NCBI RefSeq assembly: GCF_041677825.1
Contig: NZ_JBAYPG010000007.1
Coordinates: forward strand, 21,814-85,813
Direction of reading: 5' to 3'
From: Castellaniella sp.
Lineage (GTDB): Bacteria > Pseudomonadota > Gammaproteobacteria > Burkholderiales > Burkholderiaceae_B
DNA: 64,000 nucleotides
This document shows, one piece after another, positions 39,438 through 47,730 of this stretch. Every line of letters starts with the position of its first letter. The first letter of the stretch is position 1. The notes under the pieces were generated by a model. It made no database searches. It was not told the DNA's origin and saw only the letters and a program-made list of their open reading frames with translations. Position numbers and translations under genes: made by a program.

Positions 39438-40475
39438 ATGGAAAATCTGGATCTCACTGTTCTGCGCACCATACAGGGCTGGCGCGAAGCGGGCCGCCGC
39501 GCCGTCCTGGTCACCGTCGTGCGTACCTGGGGCTCTTCGCCGCGGCCCATAGGCTCCATCATGGCCATGCGCGATGATGGGGTGATCGTCGGCTCGGTCT
39601 CGGGGGGCTGCATCGAGGATGATCTCATTTTGCGCTATACGCGCCACGATATCCCCGATGCCTTGCCGCGCACCGGCCCGCCCCTGTTCCTGCAGTACGG
39701 CCTGACAGCCGACGAAGCGCACCGCTTCGGGCTGCCCTGCGGGGGCACGCTCGAAGTCGTGCTCGAATTCGACCCCGATGCCACCCTGCTGGCCGAACTG
39801 GTCGCCGCGCTCGATACGGGCGCACTGATGCACCGGCATGTCGATCTGGCCACGGGCCAGGCGAGCCTCAGCCCCAGCCAGGTGCCGGCCGATCTCGAAC
39901 TCGATGCGCAGCGGCTGGTCAATACCTTTGGCCCGGAATACCGCATGCTCATCATCGGCGCCGGCCAGATGAGCGAATATCTGGCCACCATGGCGCAGTT
40001 CTGTGGCTTCGAAGTCACCGTGTGCGACCCGCGCAAAGAATACGCCACCGTCTGGAACGTGCCGGGCGTACAGGTGGTGTCGACCATGCCCGATGATACG
40101 GTGCTCGATTTCAGGCCCGATGCGCGCACCTGCGTGATCGCCCTCACGCATGACCCGAAGCTGGATGACCTGGCCCTGCTGCAGGCCCTCGAGACGCCCG
40201 CCTTCTATATCGGGGCCATTGGCAGCCGGCGCAACAACCACGCACGCCGCCAGCGCATGATCGACTATCTCGACCAGACCGAAGCGTCCCTGGCCCGGTT
40301 GCGTGGTCCGGTGGGGATCTACATCGGCAGCAAGACCCCGCCCGAGATCGCGGTCAGCGTCATGGCCGAAGTGCTGGCCATCAAGAACGGCGTCACCCTG
40401 ACGCGTGACGCCGATGTCGAATTCGTCAAGGACAGCCAGGGCCTGGTCTCGGCCGGCTCCAGCTGCCTGCTCTAG
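39438..40475 (+). CDS. XdhC/CoxF-family molybdenum-cofactor insertion accessory protein
   Basis: 345-aa ORF with the XdhC N-terminal pattern (LVTVVRTWGSSPRPIGSIMA) and a Rossmann-like region (MLIIGAGQMSEYL). Confidence 0.8.
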   Translation: MENLDLTVLRTIQGWREAGRRAVLVTVVRTWGSSPRPIGSIMAMRDDGVIVGSVSGGCIEDDLILRYTRHDIPDALPRTGPPLFLQYGLTADEAHRFGLPCGGTLEVVLEFDPDATLLAELVAALDTGALMHRHVDLATGQASLSPSQVPADLELDAQRLVNTFGPEYRMLIIGAGQMSEYLATMAQFCGFEVTVCDPRKEYATVWNVPGVQVVSTMPDDTVLDFRPDARTCVIALTHDPKLDDLALLQALETPAFYIGAIGSRRNNHARRQRMIDYLDQTEASLARLRGPVGIYIGSKTPPEIAVSVMAEVLAIKNGVTLTRDADVEFVKDSQGLVSAGSSCLL

Positions 40476-40499
40476 ATTCTGTCCACACAAGGAAGACCC

Positions 40500-41558
40500 A
40501 TGAAGTGTTACTGCATCGTCAATTTTCGCGAAGCCCTGGCCGAGCTGGACATGCCCATCCCCGAGCCCAAGGGCGCCGAAGTCCTGCTCAAGGTGAAGGC
40601 GGCGGGTGTCTGCCACAGTGACATCCACCTCTGGGAAGGTGGCTACGATCTGGGCAACGGGCGCATCCTGTCGCTCCAGGACCGCGGGGTCAGCCTGCCG
40701 CTGGCGCTCGGCCACGAGACCGTCGGCACGCTCGAAGCCATGGGGCCAGACGCCAAGGGCGTCGAAAAAGGGCGCAACTACCTGGCCTATCCCTGGATCG
40801 GCTGCGGCGAATGCGCCACCTGCCGGGCGGGCCGCGAAAACTACTGCGCCGCCCCCCGCACACTGGGGATCCTGCGCCACGGCGGTTACGCCGAGTACCT
40901 GCTGGTGCCGGATGCCAAATACCTGATCGACATCGGCGATCTCGATCCAGCCCAGCTCGCGCCCTATGCCTGCTCGGGCCTGACCACGTTCTCGGCCTTG
41001 AAGAAGATTGGCGCCGATACCTATACCGAGCACCCCATCCTGATCTTCGGTGCGGGCGGACTGGGCCTGATGAGCCTGCAACTGCTCAAGGCCCTGGGCG
41101 GCAAGGGCGCCGTGGTGGTCGACATCGACCCCGTCAAGCGCGAGGCCGCGCTGAAAGCAGGCGCACTGGCGGCGATCGACGGCAATGCGCCCGACGTGGC
41201 CGAGCAGATCGCCCAGGCCATGGGCGGCCCGGCACAGGCAGCCATCGATCTGGTCGGCGCACCGGCCACCTCCGAACTGGCCTTCAACTGCCTGGCCAAG
41301 GGCGGCAAGCTGGTCATCATCGGCCTGTTCGGCGGCCTTGCACCGTGGTCCATGGCGTTGATCCCAATCAAGGCGATACAGATCCTGGGCAGTTTCGTGG
41401 GCAACCTGGGCGAACTGCAGGAACTCATCGAGCTGGTCAAGACGGGCAAGGTACCACCCATGCCCATCGAGACCTTCGCGCTGAACGAAGCCGACGAGGC
41501 CTTGAGCCGGCTGCGCAAGGGCGGCGTCACGGGTCGCGCGGTGCTGATGGCCAGCTAG
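40500..41558 (+). CDS. Zn-dependent alcohol dehydrogenase (MDR family)
   Basis: Contains GVCHSDIH, GHETVG, the structural-Zn cluster CGECATCRAGRENYC, and GAGGLGLMSLQLLK. Confidence 0.85.
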   Translation: MKCYCIVNFREALAELDMPIPEPKGAEVLLKVKAAGVCHSDIHLWEGGYDLGNGRILSLQDRGVSLPLALGHETVGTLEAMGPDAKGVEKGRNYLAYPWIGCGECATCRAGRENYCAAPRTLGILRHGGYAEYLLVPDAKYLIDIGDLDPAQLAPYACSGLTTFSALKKIGADTYTEHPILIFGAGGLGLMSLQLLKALGGKGAVVVDIDPVKREAALKAGALAAIDGNAPDVAEQIAQAMGGPAQAAIDLVGAPATSELAFNCLAKGGKLVIIGLFGGLAPWSMALIPIKAIQILGSFVGNLGELQELIELVKTGKVPPMPIETFALNEADEALSRLRKGGVTGRAVLMAS

Positions 41559-41617
41559 CGCCAATACGCTTCACTTGATTGTTCCTGACCTGGACTCGGG
41601 GACAGAAAAAGGCTAGA

Positions 41618-41644
41618 TTATCACTTGGTATTACCAAGTGATAA
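41618..41644. promoter_or_regulatory. Perfect 13-1-13 palindrome (TTATCACTTGGTA T TACCAAGTGATAA), candidate TA operator
   Basis: Read directly. It ends 10 nt upstream of the antitoxin ATG. RHH antitoxins typically autoregulate through palindromic operators. Confidence 0.6.
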
Positions 41645-41654
41645 GAGGCCCACT

Positions 41655-41927
41655 ATGGCAACGTCTCTCAAGATCGACGACACGCTGAAAAGCCGAGTTC
41701 ACCACCTCGCCAGCCTGCGCCGCCGTTCGCCCCACTGGATCATGCTCGAAGCGATCCAGCAGTACGTCGAGCGTGAAGAAGCCCGCGAGAGCTTCAAACA
41801 GGAAGCCCTGGCATCCTGGGCGGCGTACAAGGAAACCGGCCGCCATCTGACCGGCCAGGAAGCTCGCACCTGGTTGAGCACCTGGGGCACCGATGACGAA
41901 AGGGCGGTGCCGGGGTGCCACAAGTAA
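41655..41927 (+). CDS. Ribbon-helix-helix (CopG/RelB-like) antitoxin
   Basis: ORF trimmed to the ATG at 41655 (MATSLKIDDTLKSRVHHLASLRRRSPHWIMLEAIQQYVEREE). It overlaps the toxin start by 13 nt. Confidence 0.75.
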   Translation: MATSLKIDDTLKSRVHHLASLRRRSPHWIMLEAIQQYVEREEARESFKQEALASWAAYKETGRHLTGQEARTWLSTWGTDDERAVPGCHK

Positions 41928-42208
41928 TCATCACCGAAGGCGCGGCGGAAGGCTTGGAACGATGCCGGCGGTTCCTGGTCGCCAAGGCACAGGACGCCGC
42001 CAGGCGTGCCGGCAAAGCCATCGAGCAGCAATTCCTGCTGCTGGAGACGGCCCCGGGCATTGGCCGGCCGTTGCCTGAAATGCCCGAGCTGCGCGAGCTG
42101 GTGATTGCCTTCGGGGATTCCGGCTATGTGGCCCTGTACCGCCACGAGCCGGCCGACGATGCGGTGTATGTGCTGGCCTTCCGGCATCAGAAGGAAGCGG
42201 GGTACTGA
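41915..42208 (+). CDS. RelE/ParE-family toxin
   Basis: 97-aa ORF with a GTG start. The C-terminal pattern (GYVALYRHEPADDAVYVLAFRHQKEAGY) is typical of ParE/RelE-fold toxins. Confidence 0.75.
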   Translation: MPQVIITEGAAEGLERCRRFLVAKAQDAARRAGKAIEQQFLLLETAPGIGRPLPEMPELRELVIAFGDSGYVALYRHEPADDAVYVLAFRHQKEAGY

Positions 42209-42412
42209 GGCATGGAGTTCATGGACCACATGATTATTGTGTGCGCTCACGGCCTCGGCCGTGCCAGTGGTTCCTGGTTACTCTGTGGGTGCGACTGGTC
42301 TTTGCCGTGATCTGTCTGGCGGGCATAGGCTTGCCGTACCTGGTCGGCCAGTGGGCGTTCAGATGAAATGGAGCATGGCATGACCATGAAAACCGTGAGC
42401 GCCGCCGACACG

Positions 42413-43531
42413 CTAGCACACGGCATGATCCTGGAAACGGCTCAGGTGCCAGTCTGAATCACCCAGCAGGAATTCGAACATGGCCAGGCTGCGCACATAG
42501 TCGCTGGCCTCGAGCTCATCGGTCATGCCCATGCCGCCGTGCAGCTGCACGGCCTGCTCGGCCACGAACCGGGCGGCCGCGGATATCCCGACCTTGGCCG
42601 CCGACAACAGGCGCCGGCGCTCTGACGGGTCTGTGTCACCCAACCCGCGCGCTGCCACATGCGCCAGAGACAGGGCCATCTCCTGGTGCATGAGCATGTC
42701 GGCCAGGGCGTGCTGCAACACCTGAAAGCGCGCCAGGCTACGGCCGAACTGCTCGCGCACCTCGAGGTATCCGGTCGTGATTTCGACCAGCCGCTGCGTG
42801 GCCCCCGCCGCATGGGCGCACAGCGCGACCAGACCGTGATCCAGGGCTGACTCGAGCGCCTTGCGGGCGGCTGCGCCCCGGGCCACCAGCGCGCCCGCAG
42901 GCAGGCCGACCCGATCCAGGACCAGCGTGGCGCAGTGCTGGCCATCCAGTGTGGGGTAATCCTGCACGGCAACACCCCGGGCCCCGGCCGGCACCAGAAA
43001 AAGCGCCTGCTCATCGCCCAGTGCGGCCGACACGATGATCTGGTCGGCCTGAGCACCCGCCCAGACCAGTTTTTTCGTGCCGGAAATCTCCCAACCCTGG
43101 GCATCGGGGCGTGCAGTGACCGCCCGGGCCACGACCTCATGGCGCTGATCGCCCTCGAGCCACGCCACGGCAAGCACGCGCTCGCCGCTGGCCATGGCTG
43201 GCAGACAGGACTGACACACAGCCGCGTGGCCGCTGTCGCGCAGCAGCGCCGTCGCCATGACTGCGCTGGGGATCAGCGGCCCCTGAACCAGATGCCGCCC
43301 CAGCGTGATCTGCGCCAGCATCAAGGTGGCCGGGGTCTCCTGAAACCCCCCGTGCGCCTCGGGCACCAGCAGCGCCAGCACGCCCAGATCGGCCAGCCCC
43401 TGCCAGGCCGCGCGATCCAGTGAAGGATCCCGGGCCCGGGCTCGACGCGAGTCGAGCGCCCACTCGGATGCCAGCAGCCGGTCGAGGCTGTCGAGCAGCA
43501 TGCGCTGTTCGTCACGGTATGTCAGATCCAT
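42413..43531 (-). CDS. Acyl-CoA dehydrogenase-family protein
   Basis: 372-aa ORF with the ACAD C-terminal pattern (AVQLHGGMGMTDE). Confidence 0.8.
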   Translation of the reverse strand: MDLTYRDEQRMLLDSLDRLLASEWALDSRRARARDPSLDRAAWQGLADLGVLALLVPEAHGGFQETPATLMLAQITLGRHLVQGPLIPSAVMATALLRDSGHAAVCQSCLPAMASGERVLAVAWLEGDQRHEVVARAVTARPDAQGWEISGTKKLVWAGAQADQIIVSAALGDEQALFLVPAGARGVAVQDYPTLDGQHCATLVLDRVGLPAGALVARGAAARKALESALDHGLVALCAHAAGATQRLVEITTGYLEVREQFGRSLARFQVLQHALADMLMHQEMALSLAHVAARGLGDTDPSERRRLLSAAKVGISAAARFVAEQAVQLHGGMGMTDELEASDYVRSLAMFEFLLGDSDWHLSRFQDHAVC

Positions 43532-43562
43532 GGGTACCCCTTGCCGAAAGCACTCTGGTTCG

Positions 43563-44756
43563 TCATGCGACCCCCATCAACATCTTGGCGATGATGCCCT
43601 TCTGGATCTGGGTGGATCCCCCATAGATGGTGGTCTTGCGCATGTCCAGGTAACTTGCGCCCGCCGCGGCTGCCCCGTCGGGCCCAGGGCCGAAAAAGTC
43701 GGCCTCGGCGAATCGCCAGGCGGGGTCATACGGCCAGGATTCAAGCCCCATGACCTCGAACTGCAGGCGCGCCAAGCGTTGCTGGATCTCGGAGCCAAGC
43801 ACCTTGAGGATGGACGATTGCGGCCCCGGATGTGCGTCGGAACCGGCAGCCACTCGCAGCAGCAGCATCTCCAGACCCAGCATATCGATTTCCACGCGCG
43901 CGATCCGATCGTTCAGGCGTGCATTGGATGCCACCGAACGGCCATCGGCACAGGTCCGTGCCGCCATGTCTTTCAGCAGTGCGAGTTCACGATGACAATG
44001 ACCCAGCCCGGCGATCCCGGTGCGTTCGTGACCCAGCAGGTATTTGGCATACGTCCAGCCCTGGTTTTCCTCGCCCACGCGCTGATCTTCTGGTACGTGC
44101 ACGCCATCGAGCCATACTTCATTGACTTCGGTGCCGCCATCGAGCGTACGGATGGGGCGCACCGTGACCCCGGGCTGGCGCAGATCGATGAGCAGCATCG
44201 AGATCCCGGCCTGCGGACGGGCATCCGGATCGGTACGGGCAAGGCAGAACATCCAGTTGGCATGCTGCGCGAGCGTCGTCCAGGTTTTCTGGCCGTGCAC
44301 CACGTAGCCGTTAGCGGCCCGTTCTGCACGGGTTTTGAGCGAAGCCAGATCAGAGCCCGCCTGCGGTTCGGAATACCCCTGGCACCACCAGTCTTCCAGC
44401 GTGATGATGCGCGACAGGAACCGGGCCTTCTGGGCCTCGGAGCCGTAGCGTATGAGCACCGGACCGATCATGTTCAAACCAAGGGGCAGCAGGCGCGGCG
44501 CGCCCCCCTTGAATGATTCGACTTCGAAGATCAGGCGCTGCAGGGGGCTCCAGCCCGTGCCGCCGTACGCCACCGGCCAGTTGGGCGCCCCCCAGCCGTG
44601 CGCGGCCAGGATGCGGTGCCAACGCACGTAGTCGTCCTTCTCGAGGCGCTGATGCCGTCGGCACTTGTTGCGTATGTCCGCTGGCAACCGGTCTGCCACG
44701 AATTGCCGCACCTCATCCCTGAACGCCAGATCGGCCTTGCTCCAGTTCAAATCCAT
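43563..44756 (-). CDS. Acyl-CoA dehydrogenase-family protein
   Basis: ORF trimmed to the Met at 44756 (MDLNWSKADLAFRDEVRQFV). Contains the ACAD middle-domain pattern WWCQGYSEPQAGSD and a C-terminal IYGGSTQIQKGIIAK. Confidence 0.8.
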   Translation of the reverse strand: MDLNWSKADLAFRDEVRQFVADRLPADIRNKCRRHQRLEKDDYVRWHRILAAHGWGAPNWPVAYGGTGWSPLQRLIFEVESFKGGAPRLLPLGLNMIGPVLIRYGSEAQKARFLSRIITLEDWWCQGYSEPQAGSDLASLKTRAERAANGYVVHGQKTWTTLAQHANWMFCLARTDPDARPQAGISMLLIDLRQPGVTVRPIRTLDGGTEVNEVWLDGVHVPEDQRVGEENQGWTYAKYLLGHERTGIAGLGHCHRELALLKDMAARTCADGRSVASNARLNDRIARVEIDMLGLEMLLLRVAAGSDAHPGPQSSILKVLGSEIQQRLARLQFEVMGLESWPYDPAWRFAEADFFGPGPDGAAAAGASYLDMRKTTIYGGSTQIQKGIIAKMLMGVA

Positions 44757-44828
44757 ACAGTCCTCTGAGCCATGGTCCATACACCATCGTTCACCAAGAG
44801 GGGCCCTTACCCGCCAGCCCCTGCGGGT

Positions 44829-45725
44829 TCAGATGGGGTCCCAACTGATCACATCCGGCGAGCGTTCCAGCGGATAGAAATGGCTGCGCAGCGCCGGAAT
44901 GGCCACTTCGGCCACGCGCGCGGCCGACCAGCCCTCGGACAGGTGTACGCTGCGCAAGGGGCGCGGCTGGCTGAACAGCATGATCTCGTTGGCCCGGACC
45001 GCAAAGATCTGGCCGGTGACGTCGCTGGCCAGGTCGCTGCCCAGATACGCGACCAGGGGTGCAATCTTGCCGGGCTCCATTTTCTTGAGCTTCTCGACCC
45101 GGGCCTGTTCTTCGGGCGTGCGCGCCGGAATGGACTGGGTCATCGCCGTCCATGCAAAGGGCGCAATGCAGTTGGACCGCACGCCGCTGGCCTGCATGTC
45201 GAGCGCGATGGATTTGGACAGGCCGATGATCCCCGCCTTGGCAGCCGAATAATTGGCCTGGCCGAAATTGCCGATCAAGCCCGAGGTGGACGTCATGTGC
45301 ACGAAAGAGCCGGACTGCTGTTCCCTGAAGAAAGGGGCCGCCGCACGACTGACGTGGAAGCTGCCGTTCAGGTGGACATCGATGACCTGCTGCCACTCGG
45401 CTACGCTGAGTTTGTGAAACCAGCGGTCGCGCAGATTGCCCGCATTGTTCACGACCAGATCGATGTGCCCCCAGGTGTCCACGGCGCACTGCACGATGCC
45501 GGCTGCGGCCTCTGGGTCAGCCACGCTGGCCACAAGCGCCACCGCGCGATCCGGCCCGTGCAGCGCAGTGATCTCGGCCACGACCTTTTCAGCGGCCTCG
45601 ACAGCCATGTCATTGACGACCACCCGGGCGCCCTGTGCCACCAGTTCGAGCGCGATCGCGTGGCCGATGCCACCCCCCGCCCCGGTGACCACCGCCACCT
45701 TGCCCGACAGCAGGTTTTCACTCAT
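44829..45725 (-). CDS. SDR-family dehydrogenase, MFE-2 / 3-hydroxyacyl-CoA dehydrogenase-like
   Basis: ORF trimmed to the Met at 45725 (MSENLLSGKVAVVTGAGGGIGHAI). Contains NNAG and YSAAKAG, plus a C-terminal extension of about 50 aa. Confidence 0.8.
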   Translation of the reverse strand: MSENLLSGKVAVVTGAGGGIGHAIALELVAQGARVVVNDMAVEAAEKVVAEITALHGPDRAVALVASVADPEAAAGIVQCAVDTWGHIDLVVNNAGNLRDRWFHKLSVAEWQQVIDVHLNGSFHVSRAAAPFFREQQSGSFVHMTSTSGLIGNFGQANYSAAKAGIIGLSKSIALDMQASGVRSNCIAPFAWTAMTQSIPARTPEEQARVEKLKKMEPGKIAPLVAYLGSDLASDVTGQIFAVRANEIMLFSQPRPLRSVHLSEGWSAARVAEVAIPALRSHFYPLERSPDVISWDPI

Positions 45726-45786
45726 TGGATATCCTCCAGATGGATCATGGCAGGGCAGGCCCGTGGTGCCCGGGCCGACCCTGTGT

Positions 45787-46956
45787 TCACAGGGTGTCGG
45801 CCACCCCCAGGACTGCGGTGGCCTGGCTGGACAGCGTGCCGCCATTGCCATGCACCACCGCAAGATTTGCCTGCGCCTGCTGGCGCGCGCCACACTGGCC
45901 ACGCAACTGGCGCACCGCCTCGATCAGCAGGAAAATCCCGTACATGCCCGGATGCACGCAGGACAGCCCGCCACCGTTGGTATTCACCACCGTATGCCCA
46001 CCCGGTGCAATGCCCCCACCAGAGACAAAATCGCCGCCTTCGCCCTTGGCGCAGAACCCGAGGTCTTCGAGAAACAGCAGGACATTGAGGGTAAAGGCGT
46101 CATACAGCTGCACCTGATCCATATCGGCGGGCCCATAGCCTGCCATCTCGAAGGCCTTGCGGCCGGATTCGGTGGCGGCCGTCACGCAGAGATCGGGCAT
46201 GGCGGAAATCTGCCGGTGCCACGATGCCGTGGCCTGCCCGAGAACATATGCCGGTTTCTGCGGCAAGGTACGGGCCCGATCGGCGCGCACCAGCACCAGG
46301 GCACCGGCGCCGTCGGTGACCAGGCAGCAATCGCGCACCGTGAGTGGGTCGGACACCATGCGCGCTGCCAGTACGTCATCCACGCTCAGGGGGCCGCGCA
46401 TGAAGGCCTCGGGATTGAGCTGTGCCCAGCGACGGGCCGCTACGGCGACTTCGGCCAGTTGCTCGCGCGTCGTACCATACTGGTGCATGTGCCGGGTCGC
46501 GGCCAGCGCGTAGGAACTGACTGGATTGAAAAGCTGATAGGGGTCCTCGAAAGGCTGCGGGTCGAGCCTGCGCCGCGCGGCGTTGATCTGGGCGCGCCCC
46601 ATGACGGCGCTGCGCTGTGTGCTGCCATAGCAGATCAGCACGGCCTGGCACAGACCCGCCTCGAGGGCCAGCATGGCCGGCATCAGATGGGCAATGAAAC
46701 TCGAACCGCCCAGCATCGTGCCATCGATGAACCCTGGCTTCAGGCCGAGGTATTCGATGACCGACATGACCCACATGGGCGAGGAGACGCTGGCGGTGCA
46801 GATGCCGTCGATATCGCGCCATTGCAGCCCGGCATCGGCCACCGCGGCGTTCGCGGCCTGAGCGAGAATTTCCATCTCGGTATAGCCATGGGCTTCACCC
46901 ATGCCCGCCTGCCCCACACCGACAATGGCGGCCGACCCCCTGAGAGACGCCTTCAT
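45787..46956 (-). CDS. Thiolase-fold protein, SCP-x / lipid-transfer-protein type
   Basis: 389-aa ORF with a thiolase-like layout and a C-terminal GGGLSCVHPGMYG. Its start overlaps the DUF35 gene stop, indicating translational coupling. Confidence 0.8.
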   Translation of the reverse strand: MKASLRGSAAIVGVGQAGMGEAHGYTEMEILAQAANAAVADAGLQWRDIDGICTASVSSPMWVMSVIEYLGLKPGFIDGTMLGGSSFIAHLMPAMLALEAGLCQAVLICYGSTQRSAVMGRAQINAARRRLDPQPFEDPYQLFNPVSSYALAATRHMHQYGTTREQLAEVAVAARRWAQLNPEAFMRGPLSVDDVLAARMVSDPLTVRDCCLVTDGAGALVLVRADRARTLPQKPAYVLGQATASWHRQISAMPDLCVTAATESGRKAFEMAGYGPADMDQVQLYDAFTLNVLLFLEDLGFCAKGEGGDFVSGGGIAPGGHTVVNTNGGGLSCVHPGMYGIFLLIEAVRQLRGQCGARQQAQANLAVVHGNGGTLSSQATAVLGVADTL

Positions 46957-47507
46957 GCCGACATCTCTTCGAACGGCGTGAACACAAGCAGCGGCCTGAT
47001 TTCTGCCGCTTCTGCCGCTTCTGCCACCTTTGAGGCCTTTGAGGCTTTTGCGTCATCTGCCGCTTCTGCAGCGCTTGCAAAGGCCCGGTGCGGTGGCTTG
47101 CAGATCTGCGCCTGCACCCGCAGGCCGATCTTGACGTCATCGGCTGCAAGGCCCTCGACCCGGCTCATCACGCGCACCCCTTCATCGAGGTCGACCAGAG
47201 CAACCTGGATGTCCCCACCCTGCTCGGGCCTGCGACGCACGATGGTGGTCGAATAGACCACCCCCAGACCCCTGGAGCCCTGTGTTTCGAGATCAGTACT
47301 GCCACAATGGGGGCACAGCACGCGCGGATGGAATATATGGCGTGCACACCCCCGACAGCGTTGCAACACCAGTGTGCCCTGTGCCAGCGCGCGCTCATAG
47401 CGCGCGGCAGGCCCCGTGGATTCTGTTGGGTCATCCACCAACGTACGACCTGACGCCCCGAGGCCACCAGCCGCTGCCCCGGGTGGGATTGCCGCAGACG
47501 AACACAT
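46953..47507 (-). CDS. DUF35 Zn-ribbon / OB-fold protein (thiolase partner)
   Basis: Contains the Zn-ribbon CRGCARHIFHPRVLCPHCGS followed by an OB-fold region. The tail is Ala/Glu/Lys-rich and repetitive. Confidence 0.75.
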   Translation of the reverse strand: MCSSAAIPPGAAAGGLGASGRTLVDDPTESTGPAARYERALAQGTLVLQRCRGCARHIFHPRVLCPHCGSTDLETQGSRGLGVVYSTTIVRRRPEQGGDIQVALVDLDEGVRVMSRVEGLAADDVKIGLRVQAQICKPPHRAFASAAEAADDAKASKASKVAEAAEAAEIRPLLVFTPFEEMSA

Positions 47508-47566
47508 GGACAGACTCCCGCAAAAAAGGTCAGCGTATCATGAAACCAGTTTGCGCCATGAGGAAC

Positions 47567-47690
47567 CGGGCATGCCTCGTGATGCATCGGGCTTGCCTCA
47601 TGATGGGTCGGGCGTGCCCCGTGATGAGCCGGGCGTTGCCCCGTGATGCATCGGGCTTGCCTCATGATGAGCCGGGCGTTGCCCCGTGGC
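47567..47690. repeat. Degenerate tandem array, about 5.7 units of 21-22 bp (consensus CGGGCKTKGCCYCRTGATGMRY)
   Basis: Read directly. Unit starts are at 47567, 47588, 47609, 47630, 47652 and 47673. Units 1-3 and units 4-6 form a higher-order repeat of about 63-64 bp. The array is intergenic, between the lysR stop and the DUF35 start. Confidence 0.9.
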
Positions 47691-47730
47691 TACCCGCACG
47701 CGGGGCGCCTGCATCCACGCGCGGTGGCTT

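Noticed and set aside
39204-41564. 786-aa minus-strand ORF opposite the xdhC-like and alcohol dehydrogenase genes
   Set aside because: It lies antisense to two well-supported genes and has high-GC artefact composition.
47567-47690. Possible CRISPR array or coding repeat (the ORF-track frames give HHEASPMHHEACP-type peptides)
   Set aside because: The units are contiguous with no unique spacers, are only 21-22 bp long and are degenerate. No cas genes are present in the window. The overlapping ORFs (47282..48004 plus strand, 47168..47665 minus strand) run into neighbouring well-supported genes on the wrong strand. I kept the array as a non-coding tandem repeat.
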